Shown here: piece by piece, positions 28,168 through 37,650 of the stretch
Layout of the letters: every line of letters begins with the position of its first letter
How positions within the stretch are numbered: the first letter of the stretch is position 1
Virus record (IMG/VR): IMGVR_UViG_3300042814_000160
DNA from: an uncultured virus (IMG/VR IMGVR_UViG_3300042814_000160)
Lineage: Duplodnaviria; Heunggongvirae; Uroviricota; Caudoviricetes
Strand: one strand, 5' to 3'
DNA length: 64,000 bases
Position numbers and translations under genes: made by a program
The notes under the pieces: generated by a model
The model's database searches: none
Seen by the model: the letters and a program-made list of their open reading frames with translations, nothing else
What the model was told of the DNA's origin: nothing

Positions 28168-28208
28168 GGCGGTGGTGGGGAATCCTCCCTGCCATCGCCT
28201 GTGTTCTC
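28168..28208 (+). terminator. Hairpin with T-rich tail
   Basis: GGCGGTGGTGGG...CCCTGCCATCGCC-TGTGTTCT. Confidence 0.5.
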
Positions 28209-28223
28209 TGCTACCCTCCTCCC

Positions 28224-29192
28224 ATGACCTGGGGCGACCTCTGTAACACCGTGCGGTTGTCGGTGCCCAACGCGCCGCCCTTCCTCATTCAACGCTGGTT
28301 GAAACGGGTGATGAACGACCTGGCGGACCGCCGCCAGTGGTCGTGGCAGTTGGTCCAGGGGCAACTCACGTGGGGCGACTCGCGGGTGTTCACCGCCACG
28401 GTGACCATTGGCTCGGCCACAGTGACCTCGGCCGCCCAGTTTGTCGCGGGGGATGTGGGGCGCAGCTTCGCCGTCGGGACCTACCCCCTCTACACGATTA
28501 TTGGGTTCACCGACGCGTCCACCGTCACCCTGGACATGCCCTACTACGGCACCACCTCGGGGTCGGTCGATGACGCCAGCATTCTCGACGCCTACGCGGT
28601 GATGCCCGCCAACTTTGAAAACTTCGTGGCCATCCTCGACCCGACTAACCAGCGCATGGTGCCGTGGTGGGGGACGCAAATGGAGATGGACACGATCGAC
28701 CCCGTGCGGATGGCGACCGGAGGCACCCCCCGGTTGTTGTGCAGCGCCTCGCCCAGTGTCGACCCGGCCACCCTCGGCCAAACCCGGTACGAGTACTACC
28801 CCAAACCCAACGCGATTGGCGCGCTCCAGTACTACGCCAAGCTGCTGCCGTTTACCCTCGCGCTCGATGAGGACCTCCCCATCGGCATCGCCGCGCGCGC
28901 GGATATCCTCGAACTCGGCGCGCTCATGCACGCGGCCAAGTGGCCCGGGACCGTCGACCTCAAGAACCCCTATTTCAACATCGGCCTGGCCCAGTCGCTC
29001 CGCGGCGACTACGAATCCGGGTGCCAGCAACTCGACATCCGCGACGACGATCGCTATCAGCAATCCATCGACAACCTCCCGTGGCAGCGGTGGAGCGCCT
29101 GGGGCTGGGCGTACGACACGCACTTCCTCCAGTCGACCGACGCGACCGTCGGGGCCTACTTCGGGTATCTTGGAGCCGGCTGGGGTCGGTGA
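28224..29192 (+). CDS. Head-tail adaptor-like protein with inserted beta domain
   Basis: MTWGDLCNTVR...W.W N-terminus, YYPKPN; leaderless ATG 28224. Confidence 0.6.
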   Translation: MTWGDLCNTVRLSVPNAPPFLIQRWLKRVMNDLADRRQWSWQLVQGQLTWGDSRVFTATVTIGSATVTSAAQFVAGDVGRSFAVGTYPLYTIIGFTDASTVTLDMPYYGTTSGSVDDASILDAYAVMPANFENFVAILDPTNQRMVPWWGTQMEMDTIDPVRMATGGTPRLLCSASPSVDPATLGQTRYEYYPKPNAIGALQYYAKLLPFTLALDEDLPIGIAARADILELGALMHAAKWPGTVDLKNPYFNIGLAQSLRGDYESGCQQLDIRDDDRYQQSIDNLPWQRWSAWGWAYDTHFLQSTDATVGAYFGYLGAGWGR

Positions 29193-29219
29193 TACACTCC
29201 CCCGCCAAGGAGTTTGACC

Positions 29220-29465
29220 ATGTCACAGCGCGGACCTATTTCCACCCCGTACGACGAAGCGGTCTGCCCGACCCCTGGCGGTGAACCGGCCGGCGGCGGC
29301 TCCAGCGGCGGCTTCGACATCGGCCCGGGTTCCGCCAAGGCGGCGCCCAATTCCGTGAGCGGCCTGCCCAACGCGGTCGACACCTTCGACATCACCGGGG
29401 GCGTCCCCGCGCAGGTCGAGATGCCGCCGATTGCGTCCCCCGGGACGTTCAAGCCGGGCAAGTAA
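29220..29465 (+). CDS. Small Pro/Gly-rich hypothetical protein
   Basis: AAGGAG RBS. Confidence 0.55.
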   Translation: MSQRGPISTPYDEAVCPTPGGEPAGGGSSGGFDIGPGSAKAAPNSVSGLPNAVDTFDITGGVPAQVEMPPIASPGTFKPGK

Positions 29466-29498
29466 GCCCCTCGCGGGGGCGTGTAGGAGCCACACACC

Positions 29499-30002
29499 AT
29501 GCAGGTCGGCCAACTGACGATCGCCCGCACCAACCCCAACACCCAGTTCATCGGGGCGTTGGCGCAGAACGCGGCCGACACGGTGAACATGCCCGGGGTG
29601 CCGGCGGGGCAGTCCTCCGCCGACGGCTACCTCGATGGCTCGGTCGCGCCCGGGTCCGCCCGGATGCGGATCCGCTCCCTCACGGTCATCAGCGTCGAGA
29701 ACCTCGCGTGGGAAGTGTGGCTGTGGGCCAAGGATACCTTCGCCACCGGCGCCGGGACCTTCCCGACCGGGCAGGTGTTCCCCCTCGCCAAGTATTCGTT
29801 CCAGGCCGGCGATGCCGTGCGGATCGCCGCCGCGGGCCTCTACTACTACAACCTGAACGGGATTGACCTCCCCTACGAGGACGCGGACGCCTCAGGGGAA
29901 CTCCACCTCATGCTGATCAACCGGTCGGCCGCGGCCAAAACGGCGGGCGCGGGCGGCGCGGTCCAGCTCCAGTTCGCCTGCGAACCGACGCTGGGGTTCT
30001 AA
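29499..30002 (+). CDS. Virion structural protein (putative)
   Basis: AGGAG RBS, beta-rich. Confidence 0.6.
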   Translation: MQVGQLTIARTNPNTQFIGALAQNAADTVNMPGVPAGQSSADGYLDGSVAPGSARMRIRSLTVISVENLAWEVWLWAKDTFATGAGTFPTGQVFPLAKYSFQAGDAVRIAAAGLYYYNLNGIDLPYEDADASGELHLMLINRSAAAKTAGAGGAVQLQFACEPTLGF

Positions 30003-30004
30003 CC

Positions 30005-30289
30005 GTGGCCTGGCTGCGACGGCTGGCGGTCGCGCTCGGGCGGTGGCTGGTGTCGTGGGAGGAAGGGTTGCCCTCGGCGGCCCCCCGGCTCTCCCCCGAG
30101 GCCCAGCTCGTTCGGGACGCCATGCGCGCGTGTGGCCTGAACGCCGACGACGCCACTCTCGATACCGATATCTTGCGGACGGGCAAACTCGGGGAGGTCC
30201 TCCTCCACGCGGTGGAACTCCAGAACCGCGATGAGACCCTCCGCACCGTGGGGGACGTTGAACAACTCCTCCGCCGGAGCCTCCGCTAA
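30005..30289 (+). CDS. Acyl-carrier-protein-like protein lacking the DSL serine
   Basis: VRDAMRACGLNADDATLDTDI...AVE...ETLRTVGDVEQLL. Confidence 0.4.
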   Translation: MAWLRRLAVALGRWLVSWEEGLPSAAPRLSPEAQLVRDAMRACGLNADDATLDTDILRTGKLGEVLLHAVELQNRDETLRTVGDVEQLLRRSLR

Positions 30290-31974
30290 TGCGCCTCTGG
30301 CAATTATTCGAGGTGATCTTCCCCAACGAGGGGGTCCCGGTTGGCGGGAAATCCAACCTCGGGGTGTTTGTCCCCCTGAACGTGGACGCCAGCGGGAACC
30401 TGCTCGTGTCGGTCACCGGCGCCGGGAGCGGCGGGACGTCATCGAGTTTCGGCGCCGCGTTCCCGGGTGCGGGCACGGCCGCTGGGTTCAAGTCGTTTGC
30501 CGGATCCACCATGGAGCCCGGCAATTTGGACGCCTCGGGGAACCTGCTGGTCAACGTCGCCGCGGGCTCCGGGTCCAACCCGGCTGCGGGCGCGACGGGC
30601 TCGGCCGTCCCCTCCAGCGCGGACTACATCGGGCTGAACGTCGGCGGGACCCTCCGTGGCGCGGTCGGCTTCGACCTCGATAGCGGCGCGGGCACCCAGT
30701 ACGGCCTGGGCGTCAACCTTCGCAAGATTGCCAGCGGTGGCTCGGTCGAGGCGGGGACCTCCACCGACCCCCTACGGATTGACCCCACGGGCACGACCAC
30801 CCAACCCATCAGCGCCGTCGCGTTGCCCCTCGCGCCCCTGGCGGCCACGACCACGCTCCAGACCACCGGGAACACCTCGCTCGGGGCGATCGACACCAAT
30901 GCGGGTGCGCAGGCCGACGCGGCGGTCACCGGTGACAACTCCGGGACCCTCTCGTCCAAGCTGCGCGGGATCAACAAAATCCTCGCGGCGGTGTGGGACT
31001 CGGGCAACAACTGGCTCAAGGTCAGTCTCCAGAACACCACGATTGCCGTGACCCAGTCCGGCTCGTGGGTGCTGTCGGCCGGCAGCGCGATCATCGGGAA
31101 AGTCGGCATCGATCAAACGACCCCGGGGACCACGAACAAGGTGTCGATCGGGACCGATGGGGTGGTCACCCTCGCGGCGGGCTCGGCCATCGTCGGCAAG
31201 GTGGGGATCGACCAGACCACCCCCGGCACCACGAACCTCGTCGCGGCCGGGCAGAACGGCACCTGGACCGTCCAGCCCGGCAACACCGCGAACACCACCG
31301 CGTGGAAGGTGGACGGGAGCGCGGTCACCCAGCCGATCAGCGGCACGGTCACCGCCAACGCGGGGACCAACCTCAACACCTCGGCCCTCGCGCTCGAAGC
31401 CTCCCTGGTCAAGTTGCCGGTGGCGCAGGGGTCGACCACCGCCGGCCAGAGCGGTCCACTCGCCCAGGGCGCGGTGACCACGTCGGCCCCGTCCTACACG
31501 ACCGCCCAGACCTCGCCGCTGTCGTTGGATACCAGCGGGAACCTGCGCGCGACCGTCGTCCAGAGCGGTACGTGGACGGTGCAGCCGGGCAATACCCCGA
31601 ACACCTCGCCGTGGCTGGTGACCGTCGGACACGGCAAGACGCTCAAGACCGTCGCGGGGTCCCTCACTGCCGATACCGACATCATCGCGGCGGTGTCGTC
31701 CAAGCGCCTCAAGGTGTACGCCTACGCGTTCTGGACGTTTGCGACCAACGCGGATGTGATCCTCCTGAAGTCGAACGGCGCCGGCGGGACCCTCCTCTGG
31801 AACGTGATCCTCCAAGGCACCTCGTCTCCAGCGACGGGGTCAGGCGCGAACCTCGCGGTGGCGGTTCCCACGTTCCTGTTCGCCACCGTGGCGGGCGAGA
31901 AGCTCACGGTGGACGTGGCCAACGGCGACACCATCTACTACAGCGTCAGCTACTGGGACGACGACGCGACCTAG
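30289..31974 (+). CDS. Thr/Gly/Ser-rich fibre-like virion protein
   Basis: Internal repeats GSAI.GKVGIDQTTPGTTN x2, GTWTVQPGNT x2, LDxSGNL x3. Confidence 0.65.
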   Translation: MRLWQLFEVIFPNEGVPVGGKSNLGVFVPLNVDASGNLLVSVTGAGSGGTSSSFGAAFPGAGTAAGFKSFAGSTMEPGNLDASGNLLVNVAAGSGSNPAAGATGSAVPSSADYIGLNVGGTLRGAVGFDLDSGAGTQYGLGVNLRKIASGGSVEAGTSTDPLRIDPTGTTTQPISAVALPLAPLAATTTLQTTGNTSLGAIDTNAGAQADAAVTGDNSGTLSSKLRGINKILAAVWDSGNNWLKVSLQNTTIAVTQSGSWVLSAGSAIIGKVGIDQTTPGTTNKVSIGTDGVVTLAAGSAIVGKVGIDQTTPGTTNLVAAGQNGTWTVQPGNTANTTAWKVDGSAVTQPISGTVTANAGTNLNTSALALEASLVKLPVAQGSTTAGQSGPLAQGAVTTSAPSYTTAQTSPLSLDTSGNLRATVVQSGTWTVQPGNTPNTSPWLVTVGHGKTLKTVAGSLTADTDIIAAVSSKRLKVYAYAFWTFATNADVILLKSNGAGGTLLWNVILQGTSSPATGSGANLAVAVPTFLFATVAGEKLTVDVANGDTIYYSVSYWDDDAT

Positions 31975-31977
31975 CCC

Positions 31978-33132
31978 ATGGCGCTGCATTCCTTCGGCAC
32001 GACGTTCGGGTGTTCGATCCGGGCCAGCATGGCTCAGATCGCTCCCGGCTTCGATGCGGCGACAGTGTCACCGGGGTCGTGGCGGCTGCTCGTGGGGCTC
32101 CGTCCCAATCACGGTGGGCCGGGCAACTGCATGGTCGCCTACGCGCCGATTGGGGGCGTGAACCACGACTACAAGGTGGGGGTGTTCTTCGACCTGACTG
32201 GGACCGGGTTCAACGGGACGAGTCTGCACGGGTCGCTGCTCTCCCCGTGGGGGACCCTCCCGCATCTGGTCCCCAAAACCGACTGGCCGACCAAGATCAT
32301 CTCCTGCCGCCTGAAGTACTCCACCTGGGACGACGTCGCCCTCACCTGGGCGGCCGACGGCGAGCTCGATCTCCGCATCGACGACGCGGTGGTGTACAGC
32401 GTCACCGGGCAGACACTCACCTTCGGCTCACCGACGTATTTCTTCACGCACGGGCGGCAATGTGCGGTGGCCATGGTCCAGTGCGGGATCTCCGACGGCC
32501 CGTGGTGGACGACCACCGAGGACTACCCCACCTTCGTCGGTGCCCAGCACGTCCCGGTCGGCTCGAACATCAAGTTTTACTTCGACTTCGCCGACATGAC
32601 GATGCCCGCCGGGTGGACCGTGCGGAGTTCGGTAGGGCTCACGGAGTTGCCGCTGTTCCGGCCCGACGGCGGCCTCGACAACACCGCCGCGATGACGACC
32701 GGGACGGCGCCCATGTCCATCTCGAACTGGGACAGCGACAACTACGACTATCTCCCCTTCCAGGGGATGGGGTTCATCGACTCGTTCGAGCCGGTCGTGA
32801 CCACCGGCTCGTTGAGCATCTCCAAGTCCCTGGAGACCCCCGACCCGACCGCCGAGTTTCTGTTCACCTGCGGGCCGGGGCTCGACCCCGCGACCTTCAC
32901 CCTCAAGGGGGGCGAATCCCGCCTCTACAGCGGGGTGGTGCCCGGGAGCGGGTATTTCGTCACCGAGTCCCCGGCGACCGGCTGGGTCCAGACCGGGGTG
33001 GTCATCTCCAACGGGAGCCCCGGGGCGATTGTCGTGGCGGCGGATGTGGTCACGACCGTCGCGTTCAGCAATGCGCTGACCCCGTTTACCCCCAGCGGAT
33101 GCGTCCCCGATTGGCAGAGCCCGGTCGACTAG
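31978..33132 (+). CDS. Virion protein with C-terminal Ig/prealbumin-like segment (putative)
   Basis: GSLSISKS...F.F.....FTLKGGE....Y.VTE....GW. Confidence 0.55.
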   Translation: MALHSFGTTFGCSIRASMAQIAPGFDAATVSPGSWRLLVGLRPNHGGPGNCMVAYAPIGGVNHDYKVGVFFDLTGTGFNGTSLHGSLLSPWGTLPHLVPKTDWPTKIISCRLKYSTWDDVALTWAADGELDLRIDDAVVYSVTGQTLTFGSPTYFFTHGRQCAVAMVQCGISDGPWWTTTEDYPTFVGAQHVPVGSNIKFYFDFADMTMPAGWTVRSSVGLTELPLFRPDGGLDNTAAMTTGTAPMSISNWDSDNYDYLPFQGMGFIDSFEPVVTTGSLSISKSLETPDPTAEFLFTCGPGLDPATFTLKGGESRLYSGVVPGSGYFVTESPATGWVQTGVVISNGSPGAIVVAADVVTTVAFSNALTPFTPSGCVPDWQSPVD

Positions 33133-33159
33133 AGTAGACTCCCGGCTGGTCACAGATTT

Positions 33160-35022
33160 ATGCCACGCCTCAGTCCCTCAGGTGAGCGGGTCGTCTACGG
33201 CATCGACGGGCAGGTGCGGGTGCTGGTCAATGGGGTGACGGTCACCGTCCCGACCCCTCGCGCGGGGGCCTGGTCCTTCCAAGGCGAGACGATCGTGGGC
33301 GGGGGCGGGGTCGACCCCACCACCGGGAAATTCGGCACCCTCCGCTACCACCTCGATACCGGGGTGCTGGACGTCCTCGACACCGCCGCCAACAGCAACT
33401 TCACGGGTTGGGGCGGCGCGTGGCACAGCGGGACCAAACCGATTGAATTGATCGGCCCACCCCCGTTTGGGCTGCCCGGCGCGGTGTTGTACGACAACTC
33501 CGCCGGCGCGGGGTACGGGATGGTCACCCGGCAGGGGTATGCCGTCGCGCGGGTGAACGCGGCCACCTCACCCACCGGGACGGTGTTCTTCGCGCCGGAC
33601 GGGTCCACGGGCCCGGCGACCTGGCCGACGGCGATTGCGCTGGCCGCCAATGACGGCTGGCTCCTCCTACGCTACCCCGATGGCCGGGTGGCGTTCTCCA
33701 CGGATGCCCCCACGGTGCACCGGACCCTCCTTGGTACCCCCGTGGCGCTGGCCGCCGTCGGTCCCGTCGTCTACATCGTCGAGTGGCAGGCGTCGTTTTC
33801 GCGGGTGATCCTCCGCCCGATCGACTCGGTGTTCGGCTGGGTGGTGTCCGCCAGCGGGCACGACTTCTACCCCGATGTGGTGTACGCCACCGACTCACTC
33901 CTCCACGTGGTGTCGTCGTGGGGCGCCGGGGAGCACCCGGGCGAACTCCAGACCTACCTGTTCAACCCGGCCTCCACGGCGGGGCAGGTGGACCTGAGCG
34001 TCCCCTCGACCCCGGCGATGCCGCCCGTGACCGACGTCGCGTGGGTGGGCCGCCCGGCGGCGATGGCCGTGTATTGCTTCGCGGATGTGTCCACGCCCGG
34101 GCATTACACCCTCCCCGTGCGGCCGACCGTGCCCCCGCAGGACCCGGTCGCGGAAACCTCCTACTGGGACGGGACCGATATCCCGGTCGACTGGCTGCTG
34201 GCCCAACCCCTCTGGCGGCCCGTAGGGTTCCCCTGCTACCGCATCCACGGCGAGGGCCTCGATGCCTTCAAGGCCCGCATCACGACCGCCTATCACGTCG
34301 TGACCGCGCACGGGTACCGTCCGGCGCCGGTGTTTGGGCTCCACTCGGGGTGGACCTCTGCCGGCCGCTTCCGTACCGAGGTCGAAGTGGCCGAGGGGAT
34401 TGTCGCCACCTCGCACCTGTCGGACCTCGACGCTACCCCTCTCGCGTGCGCGTTTGCCGCCGGCCGTGGGAACCTCCCCGACGGCCGCCCTGATGTGCTG
34501 CCGTCGGCGTGGGCGTATTTCGACGCGTACATGGCGGGGATTCCCAGCGCCGCCGACTGGCCCACCCCGCCACCTGACCCGGGGCCTGAGCCCCCGATTC
34601 CCCCGGAGCCCCCCATGCCGACGTCACGCAAAGTCTCGATCGCGTCCCGCGTGTTGAACACCCGCTTCGGCGACCCCGATCAGGGGTTCGAGGAACGCCC
34701 GACGATCGACAAGCCGCTCTCGCCCAAGGACCCGTGGCCGATGACCACCGGGCTCATCCAGGGTGACGAGACGTACACCCTCCAGACCTCGCCGTCAGGG
34801 GCGCCGTACCTCCGTTGGCCGAACGGCAACGTCATCGCCATCCGCAAGGACGGCGGGCCGAACAATCTCGGGGGGAACCTCGCCGAAACCCCATGGCCCG
34901 GCGACACCTACGAACCGGGCCGCGACGAGAAGTTGGCCAAGACCGCCCAGGCCAACGTCTACGCCGAAGCGGAGCCGCCGGCCGGACGCGCCGCGGTAGC
35001 GTTCGCGCTGGTGTCCCTTTGA
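33160..35022 (+). CDS. Multidomain late protein; upstream part of a putative +1 frameshift fusion
   Basis: Beta-rich N-terminal domain, Pro linkers; ends CTT TGA C. Confidence 0.7.
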   Translation: MPRLSPSGERVVYGIDGQVRVLVNGVTVTVPTPRAGAWSFQGETIVGGGGVDPTTGKFGTLRYHLDTGVLDVLDTAANSNFTGWGGAWHSGTKPIELIGPPPFGLPGAVLYDNSAGAGYGMVTRQGYAVARVNAATSPTGTVFFAPDGSTGPATWPTAIALAANDGWLLLRYPDGRVAFSTDAPTVHRTLLGTPVALAAVGPVVYIVEWQASFSRVILRPIDSVFGWVVSASGHDFYPDVVYATDSLLHVVSSWGAGEHPGELQTYLFNPASTAGQVDLSVPSTPAMPPVTDVAWVGRPAAMAVYCFADVSTPGHYTLPVRPTVPPQDPVAETSYWDGTDIPVDWLLAQPLWRPVGFPCYRIHGEGLDAFKARITTAYHVVTAHGYRPAPVFGLHSGWTSAGRFRTEVEVAEGIVATSHLSDLDATPLACAFAAGRGNLPDGRPDVLPSAWAYFDAYMAGIPSAADWPTPPPDPGPEPPIPPEPPMPTSRKVSIASRVLNTRFGDPDQGFEERPTIDKPLSPKDPWPMTTGLIQGDETYTLQTSPSGAPYLRWPNGNVIAIRKDGGPNNLGGNLAETPWPGDTYEPGRDEKLAKTAQANVYAEAEPPAGRAAVAFALVSL

Positions 35023-36004
35023 CCCGGATATCCCTGCGCCACCCTCGGGTCCGCTCCGCGCGCTCCTGACCGTCCGCGGGAACTACCCCTATGGACCCAA
35101 GGGTCCCACCCGCCCCGACGGCTCCCGCGACTGGGACGACCTCACCTGTGTCGAGGACAACGCCTTCTTCCTCGACGAACTCGAACACGTCTGGCGCCGG
35201 GATGTCGGTCTCGCCGCGCGCATCCTGACGGAGTCGATCGCCAAGGGGATCAACGCGATCACCGTGGGCCCGGTCTACGCCGGTGGGTACCACGGCTGGT
35301 GGCCGGACACGAATTGGGTCGGGCAGGACCCGTCTACGTTTGCCGACTTCTGCGAGTGGGTGGCGGGGTTTGGCCTCTCCATCACCCTCGTCGTGTTCCC
35401 CGACTGCGGCATCTACTGGCACGGGACCGAAGCCGGGTGGGACTGGGCCGCGATCGACCGTGACCTCAAACCCCTCTACGACCAGGACCGGGTGCGCGCC
35501 GCGGTGTCGCGCGTGCAGTTCGGGTGGGAAATCTGGACCTACGTCGCCGGGATGATCCCCGGCTACGACCGGATGCGCGCGTGGTTCCCCACCCAGGAAC
35601 GCTGCTGGCACAACGGGCCCGAGCACGCCTCGCCCGGCATGGGTACCGAGGAGGAACGCCCCACGTGGCAAACGGCCGCCGACCACGGGATCCACCGCCT
35701 GCTGTTCCAGGGGTTCCCCCTCTCGACCGATCCGGCGACGATCGATCGGCCGCCGCTCGATCAGCTCAAGTACGACCTCTGGGATATGTGGCGGCGGTTC
35801 AACGGGACGGATGGGTCGCCGTGGGGTCCGACACCCATTCTCACCGAGCGCGGCACCCCCCTCGAAGTGGAGTACGCGGAAGCGGCCGCCTACGACATCA
35901 CCAACCACAACGCGCCGGAGTCGATTGGGACCACCCTCGCCGACGCGGCGTTGTCGGTGGCCGGGGCCAGCCGTAACACGACCGATGGTCTGCCGAGCGC
36001 GTAG
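35021..36004 (+). CDS. Glycoside-hydrolase-like (TIM barrel?) domain, probably expressed by +1 frameshift
   Basis: Frame open from 35000 with no ATG/GTG/TTG before 35264; GINAITV, QFGWEI, EYAEA; aromatic-rich. Confidence 0.6.
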   Translation, partial: DPDIPAPPSGPLRALLTVRGNYPYGPKGPTRPDGSRDWDDLTCVEDNAFFLDELEHVWRRDVGLAARILTESIAKGINAITVGPVYAGGYHGWWPDTNWVGQDPSTFADFCEWVAGFGLSITLVVFPDCGIYWHGTEAGWDWAAIDRDLKPLYDQDRVRAAVSRVQFGWEIWTYVAGMIPGYDRMRAWFPTQERCWHNGPEHASPGMGTEEERPTWQTAADHGIHRLLFQGFPLSTDPATIDRPPLDQLKYDLWDMWRRFNGTDGSPWGPTPILTERGTPLEVEYAEAAAYDITNHNAPESIGTTLADAALSVAGASRNTTDGLPSA

Positions 36005-36013
36005 GGGGCACAC

Positions 36014-36331
36014 ATGCCCACCCGGGAGGACGTGGCCCTCGCGGCCTTGGTGCAGTTGATCGCCGCGCGGGTCCCCGGCACCCCGCGGGTGCTGGTGGCG
36101 CTGGCGTTCGAGTTTGGTGATGCGTGGCAGTTGGCGGTGAAACGGGATCAGGAGGAGTTGTACCCGGTGGCGGTGGCGCCGGCGCACGCGGGCGGGCCGG
36201 GCCGGAAACGGTGTATTGACGGGTTTACCAAACACAGTTGGGGAGCAGGTGACACATGCGTACGATGCAGCTATCGGAACAAGGAACTCGCCGGGCGGAT
36301 GCGAAGCTATCGGCGCGCGGTCTTGGAGTGA
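36014..36331 (+). CDS. Hypothetical protein with Cys/His motif
   Basis: AGGGGG RBS; C...H...CxxC. Confidence 0.5.
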   Translation: MPTREDVALAALVQLIAARVPGTPRVLVALAFEFGDAWQLAVKRDQEELYPVAVAPAHAGGPGRKRCIDGFTKHSWGAGDTCVRCSYRNKELAGRMRSYRRAVLE

Positions 36332-36996
36332 TTCTGGGCGGCCTGACCTGGCTGGTGTCGGTCACCGCCGCCTTCGCTCAGAACATCCCACCCACGACCA
36401 CCGGCATCACCGTCGTGGCGCCGTCGTTGAATGGCACCTACATGGGGGTGCTCAACGTCGATGTGGTGATCGTCGCGCCGGCCACCCCGCCGCTCACCGC
36501 CACGCTGCGTCAGGAGGGGGTGTTCGCCCCCCTCGCCACCTCGGCCCTGACCCTCTCGGGCAATGACCACTACATCGCGGTGTTCGCGCTCCCGGCCGTG
36601 GCCAGTCCCACCGGGATGGTCCTGACCGTCACCGACGGCACGCGCGCGGCGCAGCGGCCGTTCATGGTGGGCGTAGGGACGGTGGATCCGCTCCCGCCCC
36701 AGCCCCCCTCGGCCACCTTTACCCAGATCATGGCCCTCCTCGCGGCGATGGCGTCCCAGGCGGACACCAACCAGAAGGTCACACTCGAATCGCTGCAAAA
36801 GGGGTTCGCGCAACTCGCGCCGCTGCCCACCCCCACGGGGATCCCCTGCCGGGTGGCCAGCGCGACGACTGTGTACGCCAACGGACACTGGAAGGTCACC
36901 TTGGACTGCCCGTCGAGCATCGCGCCGGCGCCGCCCGCGAAGGAGTCCACCATCGCCGTGTTCGGGGCCACCAGCGCCGCGATTGTGCGAAAGTAG
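36328..36996 (+). CDS. Signal-peptide-bearing hypothetical protein
   Basis: GTGA overlap; ILGGLTWLVSVTAAFA|QN. Confidence 0.55.
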   Translation: MILGGLTWLVSVTAAFAQNIPPTTTGITVVAPSLNGTYMGVLNVDVVIVAPATPPLTATLRQEGVFAPLATSALTLSGNDHYIAVFALPAVASPTGMVLTVTDGTRAAQRPFMVGVGTVDPLPPQPPSATFTQIMALLAAMASQADTNQKVTLESLQKGFAQLAPLPTPTGIPCRVASATTVYANGHWKVTLDCPSSIAPAPPAKESTIAVFGATSAAIVRK

Positions 36997-36999
36997 CGC

Positions 37000-37641
37000 A
37001 TGGCCGCCGGCGACTTCGTCCAAGTCGGAAATTTCACGACCGGCATCGCCCAGAACCCAACGGTGTCCCTCGCCGGCGTAACGAACGGCAATACGTTGGT
37101 GCTGATCCACGTGAACTACAGCGGCACGGTGAACAGTATTGACGATGACAAGAGCAACACGTGGGGGGTTGCAACCGGGACCAATTTTGCCACGGCCCCG
37201 AACGTCGTCGGAGGTACGGTCACCGCCACCGTTCATTACTCAGCGAGTGTGCAGTACTTGTTGTGCTTGGCGGAATACGAAGGAAATTTGCCGCTGGGCC
37301 TCTACAGCGCCGGGCCGTTCAGTGCCGGACAAACCCCCTTCGATAGTGGAAATATTTCTTCATCGGCTGGGTCCTCCTTGTTGGGATTGCGCGTGTCGTT
37401 CGGCGCAACACTCGCGTCGTGGCATTCTTCCTATACCCATCGCAAAAATGGAAGTGATGGGTTCATTGATGTGAGCTTGTTTGATGCGGTGAACCAAGCG
37501 GCCGGCACGAATTCCTTCTGGTGGTCTGCGACCAATCCAGCGACTTCGACGGGCAACGGAGAAATCTGTGAGTTGACCGTGGGGGGCGGGTCCCCCTCCA
37601 TCTGGCCTGGTCGTCTTGCCATGACGGGTGTCGGGCGCTAG
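37000..37641 (+). CDS. Beta-rich virion/tail protein with lower-GC 3' half
   Basis: GVTNGNTLVL...IDDDKSNTW. Confidence 0.6.
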   Translation: MAAGDFVQVGNFTTGIAQNPTVSLAGVTNGNTLVLIHVNYSGTVNSIDDDKSNTWGVATGTNFATAPNVVGGTVTATVHYSASVQYLLCLAEYEGNLPLGLYSAGPFSAGQTPFDSGNISSSAGSSLLGLRVSFGATLASWHSSYTHRKNGSDGFIDVSLFDAVNQAAGTNSFWWSATNPATSTGNGEICELTVGGGSPSIWPGRLAMTGVGR

Positions 37642-37650
37642 ACTCCCCCC

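Noticed and set aside
35264..36004. Independent gene starting at GTG 35264 as in the ORF track
   Set aside because: No RBS, and 81 protein-like codons lie upstream in the same open frame; frameshift fusion fits better
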